Origin: the human T2T-CHM13v2.0 reference genome, Homo sapiens
Assembly: GCF_009914755.1 (NCBI RefSeq)
Contig: NC_060934.1
Strand: one strand, 5' to 3'
DNA length: 64,000 nucleotides
The notes beneath the pieces are model-generated. The model saw only the letters and a list, made by a program, of their open reading frames with translations. It did no database searches and had not been told where the DNA came from. The translations under genes were made by a program, and so were the position numbers. This document shows positions 44,178-64,000 of this stretch, piece by piece (within the stretch, counting starts at the first letter, position 1; every line of letters begins with the position of its first letter).

Positions 44178-44284
44178 CTGCCAAAACAATAGAGCAGATG
44201 TTTAAATGTTAACAGGGGATTCGGGTTAGGGGAATCTGATGCTATAATTTTGGGGGCCCTCCTAAAAAATGCAAAACACAAATT

Positions 44285-44628
44285 CAAAATTAGGTTTGAC
44301 CATGTGAACACATGGCAAGGCCTGGAGTTTAAGCCCTGCAGTTTAAGCTTCATGGTAAACCCACTTCTTCATGTTGGAAAAAGGAGAAAAGGGTAAGTAA
44401 CAAATACAGCATTTACTTAACTAAAGAAAATTGTTCACCTGGGGCTAGATATCTAAAAGCTAAATAATGTAAAGATCCAAAGCTAAGCAGGTATCGGGGT
44501 ACACCCCTGTAATCCCAACACTCAGTAGGCTGAGATGGGAGGAGTGCTTGAGCCCAGGAGTTCAAGACCAGCCAGGACAATATAGTGAGAGGCCATCTCA
44601 AAAAAAAAAAAAAAAAAAAAGGGAAAAA
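44285..44628 (+). repeat. Arm A of the intron-7 inverted duplication (includes a FLAM-like monomer with TSD aaagatccaa)
   Basis: Reverse complement aligns with 48019-48646. Confidence 0.92.
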
Positions 44629-44954
44629 GATCCAAGGTGACTTCATGCTGCAATGCTTATCAAAATGAGCGCTTAGAGCTGGCATGACCTGGAGTGTGTT
44701 TTAAATTTCTCTAATATCTTTAGCTCTATTAGTGTCTAGTGACTCTAATTTTACTCCAAGAAAGCACCTTTCAAGACAATTTTGCCCATTAGATTAAGTT
44801 AGTGCCTCAGCAAAGTCAATATTGACCACATTGTAAAAGCTAATTTTAAGAAGGTTGATTCTTGGGATATGAATATTAGGTATATAGGAGGTTTAACCAT
44901 GTTAGGCTAATAAATGTTAATCCTAAAAGATTGAACACTTACTCCAACTGAGAC

Positions 44955-46218
<1,264 letters not shown>

Positions 46219-46239
46219 TAGAAATTTTTTTAGTAAACC

Positions 46240-46244
<5 letters not shown>

Positions 46245-46290
<46 letters not shown>
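46245..46290. repeat. (TA)23 microsatellite
   Basis: Read directly from the sequence. Confidence 0.95.
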
Positions 46291-46296
<6 letters not shown>

Positions 46297-47117
46297 TTTA
46301 TCATCTTACTTTTGTTTCTCCTATCCCGTAAAATTTTTTTATCGATTAATGTACTGGACTTCTCTTTTGCCAAGAGGTCTAATCCCCCTCAAACTCATTA
46401 AAATGGGAAAATTCTGAGGAAGGTGGAGATGTTTGCTGGGCTCCTGGGAATGCAGCTGAGTCAACAGGAAGCCTGCATTATCAATGCATAGACAGGGTTT
46501 ACGCGTTAGGCCCAAGTAATCCAGCATCTTGCCTCCTCCCCCCCGCATCCAGTCTTGCCCTCCAACGTGAATCTCTCTGCCTTCCCTGAAGTCCATTTCC
46601 AGTGCCCCATCTCTGTGCAGCCCCTACCTCTCATGAGAATGTGTATACTACTGTACTTGGCTGCCTGCTGTCGTCTGCGATTCCTTTGAGGGGAGAGGTT
46701 AGAGGTTAGAGGTGAGAAGAAAATAGGACCTTCTGCAGAGCTGGAAGCCAGTTTGAACGAAGAGGAAGAAATAGAAACGCGGCATAGAAGAAATCATTTC
46801 TTTTCTGAATAAAGAAGTAGGAAAAAAAAAAGGACAAACGCCAGAGCTGGGATTAGAGCCGTAGGGAATGAAGAGGTAGTGTGGTAAGACAGGCCTGGGC
46901 TGGAGAACAGAGCAGGAGACATAGGCCTGAGGAATCCCAGAAATGTGTCTCCTCAGCACAGTTGGCCAAGACTCTGAAAAGTTCCCTAAATATATCGTTT
47001 CTCCCCACAGCCCAGTCATGGAGTTTTGTGGCATTTGAGATGATTATCAAGGTATCATGTATTTTTGAGGAGTGTTATAAAAGAGGGCAGTAGAACAGGC
47101 TAAGTTCTCAGTATGGG

Positions 47118-47847
<730 letters not shown>

Positions 47848-48018
47848 TCACGAGAGTTGTCCCTCAGAGACACCCTGCTAATTAGAATAAGCAAAGGTAG
47901 ATTTAGGAGACATCATGTCCTCTCTCATAAGGGTCGAAGGGATCATCAAGAAGTTGTCACAAAAACACCAGAAAGGCAACAGCATCTCTGAGAACCACTG
48001 ACAGAGGGGACCAGGTAA

Positions 48019-49154
<1,136 letters not shown>

Positions 49155-49544
49155 TCACTGCTCAGACTCCAGTCATGCACCTGGTCTTGCTGAGCCTAGT
49201 GATGAACTAACTCCATAGCTGCCTTCCAAATCTAAGACAGGGCCCAGAGCTGCGAAAAACACAGTATTTGCGCTTCTATTCTTTGATTAGCTCTTTCCTT
49301 CTGCCAAAGGGAAGGAGAATTATAGTTTTATTTCTCTGGAGACCATCAGCTGGCTAGACTAAACCCACTTGTGCCTGCAGAAGAAAGATGGAGAGCTTTT
49401 CTTACTGGGTTTATACACTGACATCTCTCTTTACCGGTTGAGCCATTGTCCATTGGAATAGGTCCACTGAAACATCACTGCAATTGCCAGAAGATGGGCA
49501 ATATAAAGATTAAACAAAGAAGCAGAACGCCAGGCCGTTGCTAC

Positions 49545-49711
49545 CTGGAAGTCCTGTGGCTTATTTGACAGCATCCGCCGGCTGTTCTTTACTTTGGTGA
49601 GCCTCCGAGCAAGCTGAGCTTCCGACACCGTCCCAACTGGCCCCTTGGGCCCAGGGCCCCTGACTGCATTGTCCAACCTGTCTTCATCACCTTCATCTTC
49701 TTCCCCATCTC
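49545..49711 (-). CDS. MYOF: Myoferlin exon 6 (167 nt), C2A-C2B linker GDGEEDEGDEDRLDNAVRGPGPKG...NKPQDFQ
   Basis: Acceptor TTTTAG|GAGAT, donor CAG|GTAGCA; overlaps ORF 49431..49676. Confidence 0.96.
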
Positions 49712-51139
49712 CTAAAATATCAGAAAGAAACCCAGTGAGGGATAGCCCTTATCCTGTAAATGTCCAAAGGCTCAGGTTTCCAGGACACGGTTTTGTCTGC
49801 CATTATGTTTTAAGTGTTCCTAAAGTGGCAGGTGAAGGAGATCCTCTTGGTGACACTGACTTGGGACTTCTTGTGACTTGGAAAAATTCTTTAGGAAAAT
49901 GTGTTCACAGTACATCGGGGCTGTTGCTCAGGTTGCCTTCGAAGAGACCAAGAGAATGGCAGAGATCACAGGGACAATGAGAGGAGATGGCACCGTTGGA
50001 CCCAGCCAGGGATTGCTGAGTTCTCATTAGTGTTAGGATGGAAAAAGGAAGAAACATCACGGAACACTGCAGTCTTGCAATGACAAGCTTCAACTCCATC
50101 CCTCCCACTGCAGATCTTCTCTCTAGAGATCTGCTCGTGATCTATTTGTACTGTTTCCTGCTTGAGCCTCCTAATTCACAACTGCTCTTTCCACCCTAAT
50201 GGCAGAAGAGAAACTCTCCTCATTTTCTTGCCAAGCACCAAGGTGATCATCTTGCTCTTCCTTCCTCCTCCTGGTTTGTCACTTTAACACACACGTGTCC
50301 CCTCCTTTATCCCTCTACCTTCCCTCTGCACTCAGGAAAAGGTTTACCCTGCTCAGCAGAGTGAAAATCTCAACCCTCTGCCATGCATTAGATCCTGCTA
50401 CCTCCTGAATATTTGCAGATCCTACTACCTCCTGATTATTTTCAGGCTCCCCAAATGTCTCCTCTCTCTTGTGTACCTCTGGGGGTTCCGTCTCTATTGC
50501 AGCTTTTCCTCTGCCTTCAAGTAGACACAGATCTTTCTCTCCCTACAAAACCAAAAACCAAAAATCAACTCTGCCTACTACCTCTCCTCTTTCTTTTATT
50601 CACGAGCTCTTTGAAACTCGCTGACAAACTTTAGCTTTTCTTTTCTTAATACACAAAGAGTTAGAACTTCTGGTAATCTGTACAATATAATCTAAGAGAG
50701 CCTAGAAGACAAGCCACCCTGTCTAGAACCCTGCTTTTGGATTCTGAAACTCCTTCTCTACGATGCAAGATTATGAAAGAGATTTAATTTCCAAGGACAG
50801 TCACCTGTCAGTCATTCACATCCTGGTATGAATGAGTTTCATCAGATTACTATGTAGCATAGCTCTTGAAATCTTGGGCTCTGAAGCCACGTGGCCTAGG
50901 CTCAATCCACTCCCCACCCTCCACTTTCGAGCTATGTGAGTCTGAGTAAGTTTCTTAATTTCTCTAAGCTTCAGTTTCTTCATTTGTAAAGAGGGGAAAA
51001 TAATAGTATTTACCACAGGGTTACTGTAAAGGTGTAATTATCTATAGGCGAAGCCTTTAGCACAGTATCTGGCATACAGAAGCACCCAATAAATTAACTG
51101 TTTATTTTTTAGTTTTGCTGTGTAATCAGTTTTGGTTGG

Positions 51140-51500
51140 TGTCTTCACCTGCTTGGGCTGCTATAACAAAATACCACAACCTGGGTGGCTTTTAGAAAAC
51201 AGAAATTTATTTCTCACAGTTCTGGAGGTGGGGAAGTCCAAGATCAAGGCACCAGCGGATTCAGTGTCTGGTGAGGGCCCACTTCTTGGTTTGCAGTTGG
51301 AGCCTTCTCTGCCTCCCATGATGGAAGAAGCAAAGGAGCTCCCTTGAGCCCATTTTGATCACGGCACTAATCCCATGCATGAGGGCTCTGGCCCCGTGAC
51401 CTAATCACCTCCCTAAAGGCCTCACTGCCTAATATCATCACGTTCAGGGTTAGGATTTCAATGTGTGAATTGTGGAGGGACACAACCATTCAGACCACTG
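51140..51500 (-). mobile_element. MaLR LTR (MLT1A-like)
   Basis: GCTGCTATAACAAAATACC...AGAAATTTATTTCTCACAGTTCTGGAGG...AAGTCCAAGATCAAGG. Confidence 0.8.
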
Positions 51501-52984
51501 CAATTGGAAGGGGCTTCTTCTGGAGCACAGGACACTTCCTGGAACCAGCTATGGGGGGTGTGGGGATGGGGCACTGGAGCAGTCCATGGGCAGCACAGCA
51601 GGCAGGGGTCCCAAAGTGAGGAAGAGGCAGCCACAAGGGAAAAGGGGGCCTCCACATGCACTGCTTTGCAATTTAGCCCAGGGTGGGCCCTGCTCCTCAT
51701 CATCCATTCATTCATGCTTCGCCCATCCTAGCCTGGCTTCTGTTCTTCAAAAGTCAATCACCTCTCTTTGCCAAGCTCCGTGCCCTTTTCTGTATCTCCA
51801 TATTGGATCTTCCACAGCCTTGGACACCAGTGCTCATATACATATTTTTAGATCATTGCAGCTCTCCTCCCCCGATCTGCTTTTTCAGGTTCTTCTGTGG
51901 GCCCCTGTTTTTGTCTCCTACTCACTGAGTGTGACTCCCTACTCTGTCCTCTGATCCTTTGACTCAACACTCTGTAGATCCTCACTTCACACTTCCTTCA
52001 AGTAGCCATGGACCCACAGAATGTTGTCCTAGAAGGGACCTTAGAGATCCTTGATCCAACCTACCCTTCACCCCATTTTACAGACAGAAAAACTGAGGTC
52101 CAGAAAGCTAAGGCAACTTGCCTGTGGTTAAGTTATTAGAAGCTGAGCTAAAACCAGGACCAAGTTTTCACACTGCCTCTCTGGTATAAAACTGGGTTTA
52201 AAACCAGGCTGTAGGTGAAGGACATGTTATGCTCCTAGTACCTCAACATCTTTTTCAGGCTACTGGGAAAACCTCATGGAAGTCAAAGATAAGGAATCTT
52301 TGTCCTCTGCAAGATGATCTGGACCTCCTCTTGCCTATTCTTGAAGAGACTTCAAAAGAAGGGCTTACCTGCTGTCTCTCTTAGGGCACCTGGATCCAAG
52401 CTCTTGGAATCTTCTTCATCCTACTCTCTACCAGGTAAGTTCCTCTCCTTCTTAAGTTTCAGATGAAACTTACTGTCTTCCAACATGCCCTCCCCACCTC
52501 TTCCAGATGGAGTTAGTCCCGCTCTCTCCTACCCGCCACACATTGTTCTTTCTAGTCCTCACCACATAGTCTTGCACCTGCTTGTCAACCCATAGGCTTC
52601 CCCTACTCCCAGGCATTTCAGAAGCAAGGAGCTTGCCTTTGCTTCTTTGTTTCTGCCCCATGCCTTACAGAACTCATTACACAAAGTATATAGAAAGTGC
52701 TTGATAAATGTGGAATGAGTAAATAAATGGGAAGGGGAACAGGATCCCAGGCACAAATGTGCCTTCACATTTGGAAAAACTACTGAACAACTCTCAGGAA
52801 AGAACACCCAGATGGCTGAAGGGGTGCTCCTCCCAACCTTGGCACCAGCCTCGGGGAAGCACTGGGGGCCAGGCGCTTCCCCTCGGTAAACCTGTCCTGG
52901 ACCGAGCAATGGCTGGGGCTGACAGCTGTTGGGTTCCTCCAAGCAACGAAGACGAACTTCCTTCCATCATCCTGGGCCTAAGTG

Positions 52985-53073
52985 GTACTTCCTCCTTGCC
53001 ATAATTATAGCATTTTAGGCTGGTGATTTGTACTTCCTCCTTGCCATAATTACAGCATTTTAGGCTGGTGATT
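52985..53073. repeat. 45-bp tandem duplication (2 copies, 1 mismatch)
   Basis: gtacttcctccttgccataatta(t/c)agcattttaggctggtgatt x2. Confidence 0.95.
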
Positions 53074-53604
53074 GTTTATGGCAGTAAGCAGGAGAAAAAG
53101 TCAGGGTCAATCATACCCCTTTGCAATGCTGGACTCTGGACAAGTACTTATTACATTCTCAGTGGATGCTCTAGAATCAGCCTGCAGATAACAAAGAACG
53201 TCTTCTGCTATTCAGACTTTAGGCTAAAGGGATGGGTCAGAGGAAACCAGCCTAAGCCATGGTGACAGCCAGCCTCTGTGCCTTGCAGCAGAAGAATATT
53301 CAAGCAGGAAACCTCCCCTTTATGTGGCAGGAAGCTGCAGAGGATTAAACAATGGTACGGGCTCCACAAAGAATGCTATGGGTTCCACAAAGAATGAGGG
53401 GGCCCCTATGGCACTGTTAAACACACCCTGATGTGCAAGCTGTGTCATGAGTGAAATGCTAGCAGTTGTGCTGGCAGGCCCTGTTCGTGAGACCCAGGCC
53501 TGAATGTGATCCACAGCCAAGTGGATCTACAAAGAGCAACTCTTTCACAACCACAGAGGGCCACACCAAGTCAGGAATCACCCACTGAACAGGAAGCTGC
53601 TGGT

Positions 53605-55161
<1,557 letters not shown>

Positions 55162-55249
55162 TAACACTGCAACCACCCCACTGCATGCCCCTCGATCCCT
55201 TTCCCCCTCTCACTTCACTGTGCTTACCTGGTTTATTCAACCCTCCACT

Positions 55250-56130
55250 GACTTCACCTCTGCACCCAGCCAGCTGAACTTGGCTGGGAAGCACACACAT
55301 CTCACTGGACTGATCTCACTTTAATTTCCTGATCACAAACTGTAAGTGTCCTCACAGGGCTGCCTGGCCATCTTACCACATTTCCAAGATATCTATCCCA
55401 AAACTTTCCTGAATCCTGGTCTGAGATGGCCACTAATTAACCAGCACAGTCAAATCACTTTACCTTTCTGAACGGCCACCTGTTTTGCATCTTGAAAGCT
55501 TCCAACACCCTTTCTATCTTTCTCATTGTCCACTAATGACCTGGCTTCTTATTTCATTGAGAAAATTGGCAATTAGAAGATAATTTCCACATCTTTCCAA
55601 CTCCAAATCAATCATCTACCTGTATCTGTTGCCTTCTCTCCTGCTACAATTAGTCACTGAACTATCTGTGCTCCCTGACTTGAAGCCAACTCTTCCGCAT
55701 TTGCACAGATCCTATCTCCTGTTGCTACTTAAGGAGTTTTGCCTCTTTATACGTTCATCGGTTTCCCCCTTTCTACTGGATCATTCCCATCAAAATATAA
55801 ACACGCTGAAATATCACCCAGAATATTAAAAAACAAAACTTTCATTGACTCCACGGTGCCCCCTACAGTTACTGCTCCATTTTTCCTGCCCCTCTTGGGA
55901 GCAAACTCCTCAGAAGAATCATTTTTACTCACATTCTTCACTCTGTCTCTGATTCTCATGCTTCTTCCAGCCAGCCCTCTGCCCTCCTAGTCCACCAAAA
56001 CTGCTCTTGTCTAGGCCACTAAAGACTTTCATGTTGCAAAATCCAACGGTCCAGCCTCAGGTCTCTTCTTACTCAAACTTTCTGCAGCATTTGTTCATTT
56101 AATCCTTGAAACACTTTCTGCTCTTTGATT
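55250..56130. mobile_element. L2 relic
   Basis: Pyrimidine-rich, with CCACCAAAACTGCTCTTGTC...CATGTTGCAAAATCCAA L2-like motif. Confidence 0.6.
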
Positions 56131-56206
56131 CAGCCTATTTGAACCAAAGCGCAGCTGCTCATCCTGGCATTCGCAAACAGAAGTAATCACCAAAGAAACT
56201 TCTCTC

Positions 56207-56866
<660 letters not shown>

Positions 56867-57850
56867 TGACCAGGCCATTTTAATAGAATCATAGAACTTC
56901 GGAGCTGGAAGAGACCCTACATATTATTAAATCCAACCTCCTGATGTTGTAAGAAAGGAACTTGAGGCTCAGAGAGGTTAAGTGACATGCCTACTGTCAC
57001 ACAGCTTGATAGTGGAGCCAATGCTCAAATCCAGATCTGTTGATTCACAGTGGTTCAAGATTCCTCACTGTCCATCTCCGGCTATGACAAGCTCTTCACA
57101 ACTCCCTTGTAGGAATGCCATCCTGCCTCTCCAATAATTATAATGTCACTTGGTCAAATCCTACAAAGCTTCTCACTGCATCCAACACTGACCTGTCTCC
57201 TTTCTGAATATCAGTAACTGCATGTGATCCACTCTTCTTTACTTGTGATGTTTCCGCTAACATTTGGAAATGGTTCTCCATCATAGCTCCAGCAATGTAA
57301 TCATTCCTGAGATGTATTGTGATCCTCTTTCCAGACGCTCAGCAGCAATATTCCTGCCAACTGCCCTTGTGTGCAGTCACTTGTGATAATGACACTTGCC
57401 TACATGGCATCTGTCCACCCACTCAGTGCTGAAGAGTTGGCAGCCCTAGAGGACCTCGTGATACAGTCAAGTTTGCCTTTGGCATCCCCAACTGTGCCTT
57501 TCCCCAGTGCATATCAATGTCCCTTCTTCCTCCAGGCTCCCATACTGTTCTCTAGCACCACTTCTCCCTACCAAGCAGAAGAGAGTGGGATATCAGTCAC
57601 TCAGATATCAGATGTCACCAGAGCTGCAGGTCATTGTCCCCCCACCTCCATCATCCCACTTTGTCTGCACCTTGCCAGGGAGGGGGATCCCTGTTAGAGC
57701 TTCCCAGTGAAGGCAACTCCTAGGAATGGCTGAGGAAAAGGAGCACTTGCTGGTCACCCTGGCTGGACTGGGATCCTCCTGGCTGGAACACAGACCCCAC
57801 TTCAGCCCCTGGCAGCCCCCTTTATCCAAACATTCTGCCTCTCCTCTCAT

Positions 57851-58069
57851 CTCCTCCCAGGCTCAAACAATCCTCCCACCTCAGCCCCTAGAGTGGCTGA
57901 AATTACAGACGTACATCATCACACCCAGCTAACTATTTTTATTTTTTTGGAGAGATGGAGTCTCATTATGTTGCCCAGGCTAGTCTCAAGTGATCCCAGG
58001 CTCAAGTGATCCTCCTGCCTCGGCCTCCCAAAGTCCTGGTATTTCAGGCATGAGCCACGGTGCCTGGCC
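57851..58069 (-). mobile_element. Truncated AluJ
   Basis: Partial Alu match. Confidence 0.8.
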
Positions 58070-59077
58070 TCTGCCTTTGATCCTAATTCTGCTTTTCAAG
58101 ATGAAGTCTTGTTAAGTGGTGGTACTGGTTAAGCCAGAATTTTATCACTTTGAGCCAAAGGTCATTGCCCAAGCACAACAAAGGGCTGATATCATATTAT
58201 CTTCAGTGTAAGCTAAAAGGACAATGCAGAACAGGAAAGGGTAAGTTTTGAAGCAGGAAAACATGTAATATTTTGGAGATAACACATTTTCTTAGCTGGA
58301 ATGTAGAATAATTTTTTTCTGAATTTCTAAAATGTTAAAAGTTTTATAAATAAATGTTTGTGTCCTACTGTAAGCAATTCATTACCCCACCCCAATTCCT
58401 GGGTAAATAACAATAAATGTGCCCTAAGAATTTTCTAGCATGTTCCAATATGTAGATCAGAGCAAAGGTACCATGGAGGAACCTAAGAAGCAGGGATGCA
58501 AATGCAGTCCTGCGGGGCAATTGAGGAATCAGGCTGTGAGCCAGTCTAGATAACAAAGCCCAGAGATCTATGTCTCCCTCTGGACAACATCACGTTCAGC
58601 AGGCAAAATGTACGACTGCAGCGTTTCTCAAAGTGAACTCCGAAATCTGCCTGCATCAGGCTCTCCATACAGACTCGGGGCTCCCCTCCAGATGAGCTAT
58701 ATTAAACTCTCTGGAGATGGGCGCCAGATGACTGCACGTTTAGAGATATCCCTTGATGATTTCACTGTGTCTAAATGTTGAGAACCACTTGTTTATGATG
58801 AGCACTTTGATTTTCCTAAATATCCTAGAGAAAAATTGGACTAATATAATCAGTTTACTAGACAAAGCCACTTGATTAGAAACCCAATCCTGGAAACAGT
58901 GCCTGCAACAATCTTCTGGCACATGGATCATTTTCCAGTTAGGCTCTGACCAAGTCAGTCCCTTGTCATGGAGTACCTTTCATGGAGCCCCATGGTCTTC
59001 CCATCAAGGACAAATATCCCAGCCTGGGACCTACTACCCTCAGGAACATGCTTCACTTTCAACACACTTCTGAATGA

Positions 59078-60089
<1,012 letters not shown>

Positions 60090-60893
60090 TTAATTTTAAG
60101 CAAATGACTTTGGGATTCGTGGAATGAAAGACATTTGAAGCAGTGAAGTCTGGCTATGAATGAGTTTTTGAATGTCTATGTTTGGACAGAGCGCAAATTT
60201 AACAGATGGTGCTTCAAAAATAGACGTGAGATTTTAAAAATAGTTTCTTCCAGCTACGGGAATGTAGGCTCCAGTTAAGCAGACTGACATCTGGCGAATT
60301 AAGTTGCCATGGTAACAGGTTTTCAGGTCAAGCCTGGAGACTGGGTCAGCCCTCCCCTCTGTCATGGGAACAGTCTTCCAGGGGGGTCAGTGAAAAGAAC
60401 ATCTTTGACAACACACACTTTCAGTCAAGCCACCAGTGCCCTAAGGTCTCTACCTTTTGTCATCTTCATATAAAAGCTCTAAGAAAGAATTCCTTAAAAA
60501 AGAAGCCCTCAGGTGTTCACTTCCTGTGATATGTGATCATAGCTAGCTTCTACAAATGGCAGGGGCAAATTTTCCTAAAAATCTTAACTTTTGTATTCCA
60601 GCATAAATACTTCTAATTTCTCCTCTGCAGGAGCCACTATGTGGAGAAGAACCTTTAAAATCAATAGCAGAAGTTGCTGGCAGTGGTTATCTCAGGAGGA
60701 TGGGACGCAGAGATTTTCACTTTCCGTGTCATGTATCTCTGTGACATTTACATTTTATTAAGCAGATATTTCTTTTTTGCTCGAGGAAAGAAAAACAAGC
60801 TCAAATTTTAAGAATTTGAAAATATATAAATCAGAAGAAGCAGACATTACTTTTACATAGAATGGTAAAGTTTTAGGGTTTCTTTAAAAGTCA

Positions 60894-61208
<315 letters not shown>

Positions 61209-61434
61209 GTTAATTGAAGGGAAAAAAAGCAAATTCTGGGCCAGATGTCCTGCTTATGTCATTAAGGTATGCAATGCCAAGAGGTATGGCTGTCTTGCTG
61301 TTCTCTGTCTCATATTTGTTTGTCTTATATTCCCCCAAGATTGTAAGTTGTTTTTTCTCCTGGTGTCTTCCCTAGCAGGGGGTTGCAGTAGGTGCTCAAA
61401 GATACCTTTTGCTCAGTTGAACTGAATTACCATG

Positions 61435-61838
61435 TGATATAATTTGGATATCTGTCCCCTCGAAATCTTATGTTGAAATCTGATCCCCAGTGTTGGAGGT
61501 GGGGCCTACTGGAAGGTGTTTGGGTCATGGGGGTGGATCCCTCCTGAAAGGCTTGGTGGCTTCTCCGCAGTAATGAATGAGTTCACCTGAGAGCTGGTTG
61601 TTTAAAAGAGAGTGGCACCCTTGCCTTCTCTCTCATTTTCCTCCTCTCTGATCATGTGATGCTGGCTCCCCTTCCCCTTCCCCCATGAGTGGAAGCTTCT
61701 TGAAGCGCTCACCAGAAGCAGAGGCTGGCACCATGCTTCTTGTACAGTCTGAAGAACCATGAGCCAAATAAACTTCTTTTCTTTATAACTTACCCAGCCT
61801 CAGGTATTCCTTTATAGCAATGCAAACAGACTAAGACA
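61435..61838 (+). mobile_element. MSTB-type MaLR solo LTR
   Basis: TGATATAATTTGG start, GACTAAGACA end, 5-bp TSD ccatg/ctatg. Confidence 0.85.
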
Positions 61839-62467
61839 CTATGTTAGGGAAAAGAAATGTTTTCCCTTGAAACATCTAGATAGTCGAGGCTATTAGAGGT
61901 TTGTTTTTTTTTTTTAAATGCTGAAGGAAAGTTTCTCTTAGCCAGATTAGGAAGCCGACACACAGAATGCCACCTTTGACCGAGCCCCGGCAAACATTCA
62001 TTTTATAGAACAAAGGCAGCACTTCCAGATCAAAGAGCCCGGTTTATTTTTTGTAATAAAGAAATTTCACATTACTTCTCAGACTTTTGGCTAAGATCAA
62101 ACATAGAAATTTCACTCTGTCATCTTGCATTTAAAAATAAAATTGCCCTGCAGACACAGCTCATTTGCAGACCAACACTTGGTGACCTTCTTTGTTTGAA
62201 ATCCAAATACAAGGAACCCAAGTTTTGGTTCATTTCCTGTCTTAGCTGAGCAAAGTCAGGGATTCTAAAGAACTTCCGTGGGAGAGCTGGGCTGCGCTTG
62301 TGCAGTTCCCTGGTGCTGAGCCCGCTGTGAGCCAGACTCCTAAGGGGATGGTGGACTCCTTCAGTCTACTGTCCTGCTGGGAGCACTGGTGCTACAAACA
62401 AAGGCTTAAACCAAGAGGAAAGGAGAAGGAGCCTTGGGTGGCAGGGATTTTCTCGCCAGCAGGTTTA

Positions 62468-62802
<335 letters not shown>

Positions 62803-62986
62803 TTACTTTATAAATACTAACAAATGGTGTGGCGCTGATCTCTTTAAGTTTACTCTTTTTACTTGAATGAACCACAGTATTTTTTTTTTCCTAAAGGCCT
62901 GGCAGAAGGGGTAACACAAGAGGACCCATTTAATATTTTGGCTCTTGGAATGGAATCAACATATGAAATTGTCTTTTATCTGCCAG

Positions 62987-64000
<1,014 letters not shown>

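Noticed and set aside
52985-53073. Repeat-spacer (CRISPR-like) interpretation of the short duplications
   Set aside because: Only two adjacent copies, no spacers, and a eukaryotic intron context
61370-61390. CTCF-like strings (also ~26775, ~27465) and isolated AP-1/CArG matches (4714, 7899, 15161, 20094, 51960)
   Set aside because: Partial or solitary short motifs are expected by chance in 64 kb

Overview
This is primate (human-like) genomic DNA from the interior of MYOF (myoferlin), transcribed on the minus strand. I located 23 consecutive coding exons (exons 6-28 by my recollection of the reference numbering), all with GT-AG boundaries. They total 2541 nt (847 codons, about residues 145-992) and splice into one open frame covering the C2A-C2B linker, C2B, FerI, C2C, C2/FerA, FerB and the N-terminal halves of the nested DysF domains. 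Exons 5 and 29 are not in the window. The introns are rich in Alu, L1, L2/MIR, MaLR/ERVL LTR and hAT/mariner relics, and most ORF-track entries are Alu-derived or chance frames. I found no prokaryotic-type system. Strongest candidate observations: (1) the exon 13-14 junction regenerates the exon 13 donor, making exon 14 a possible recursive-splicing exon; (2) a locus-specific ~340-bp inverted duplication brackets intron 7 about 110 nt inside each splice site; (3) cassette exon 17 has a downstream ACUAAY (QKI-type) cluster and competing inverted Alus; (4) a 62-bp direct repeat flanks exons 14-16; (5) several compact TF-motif clusters. Repeat family names and boundaries were recognised by eye and are approximate.
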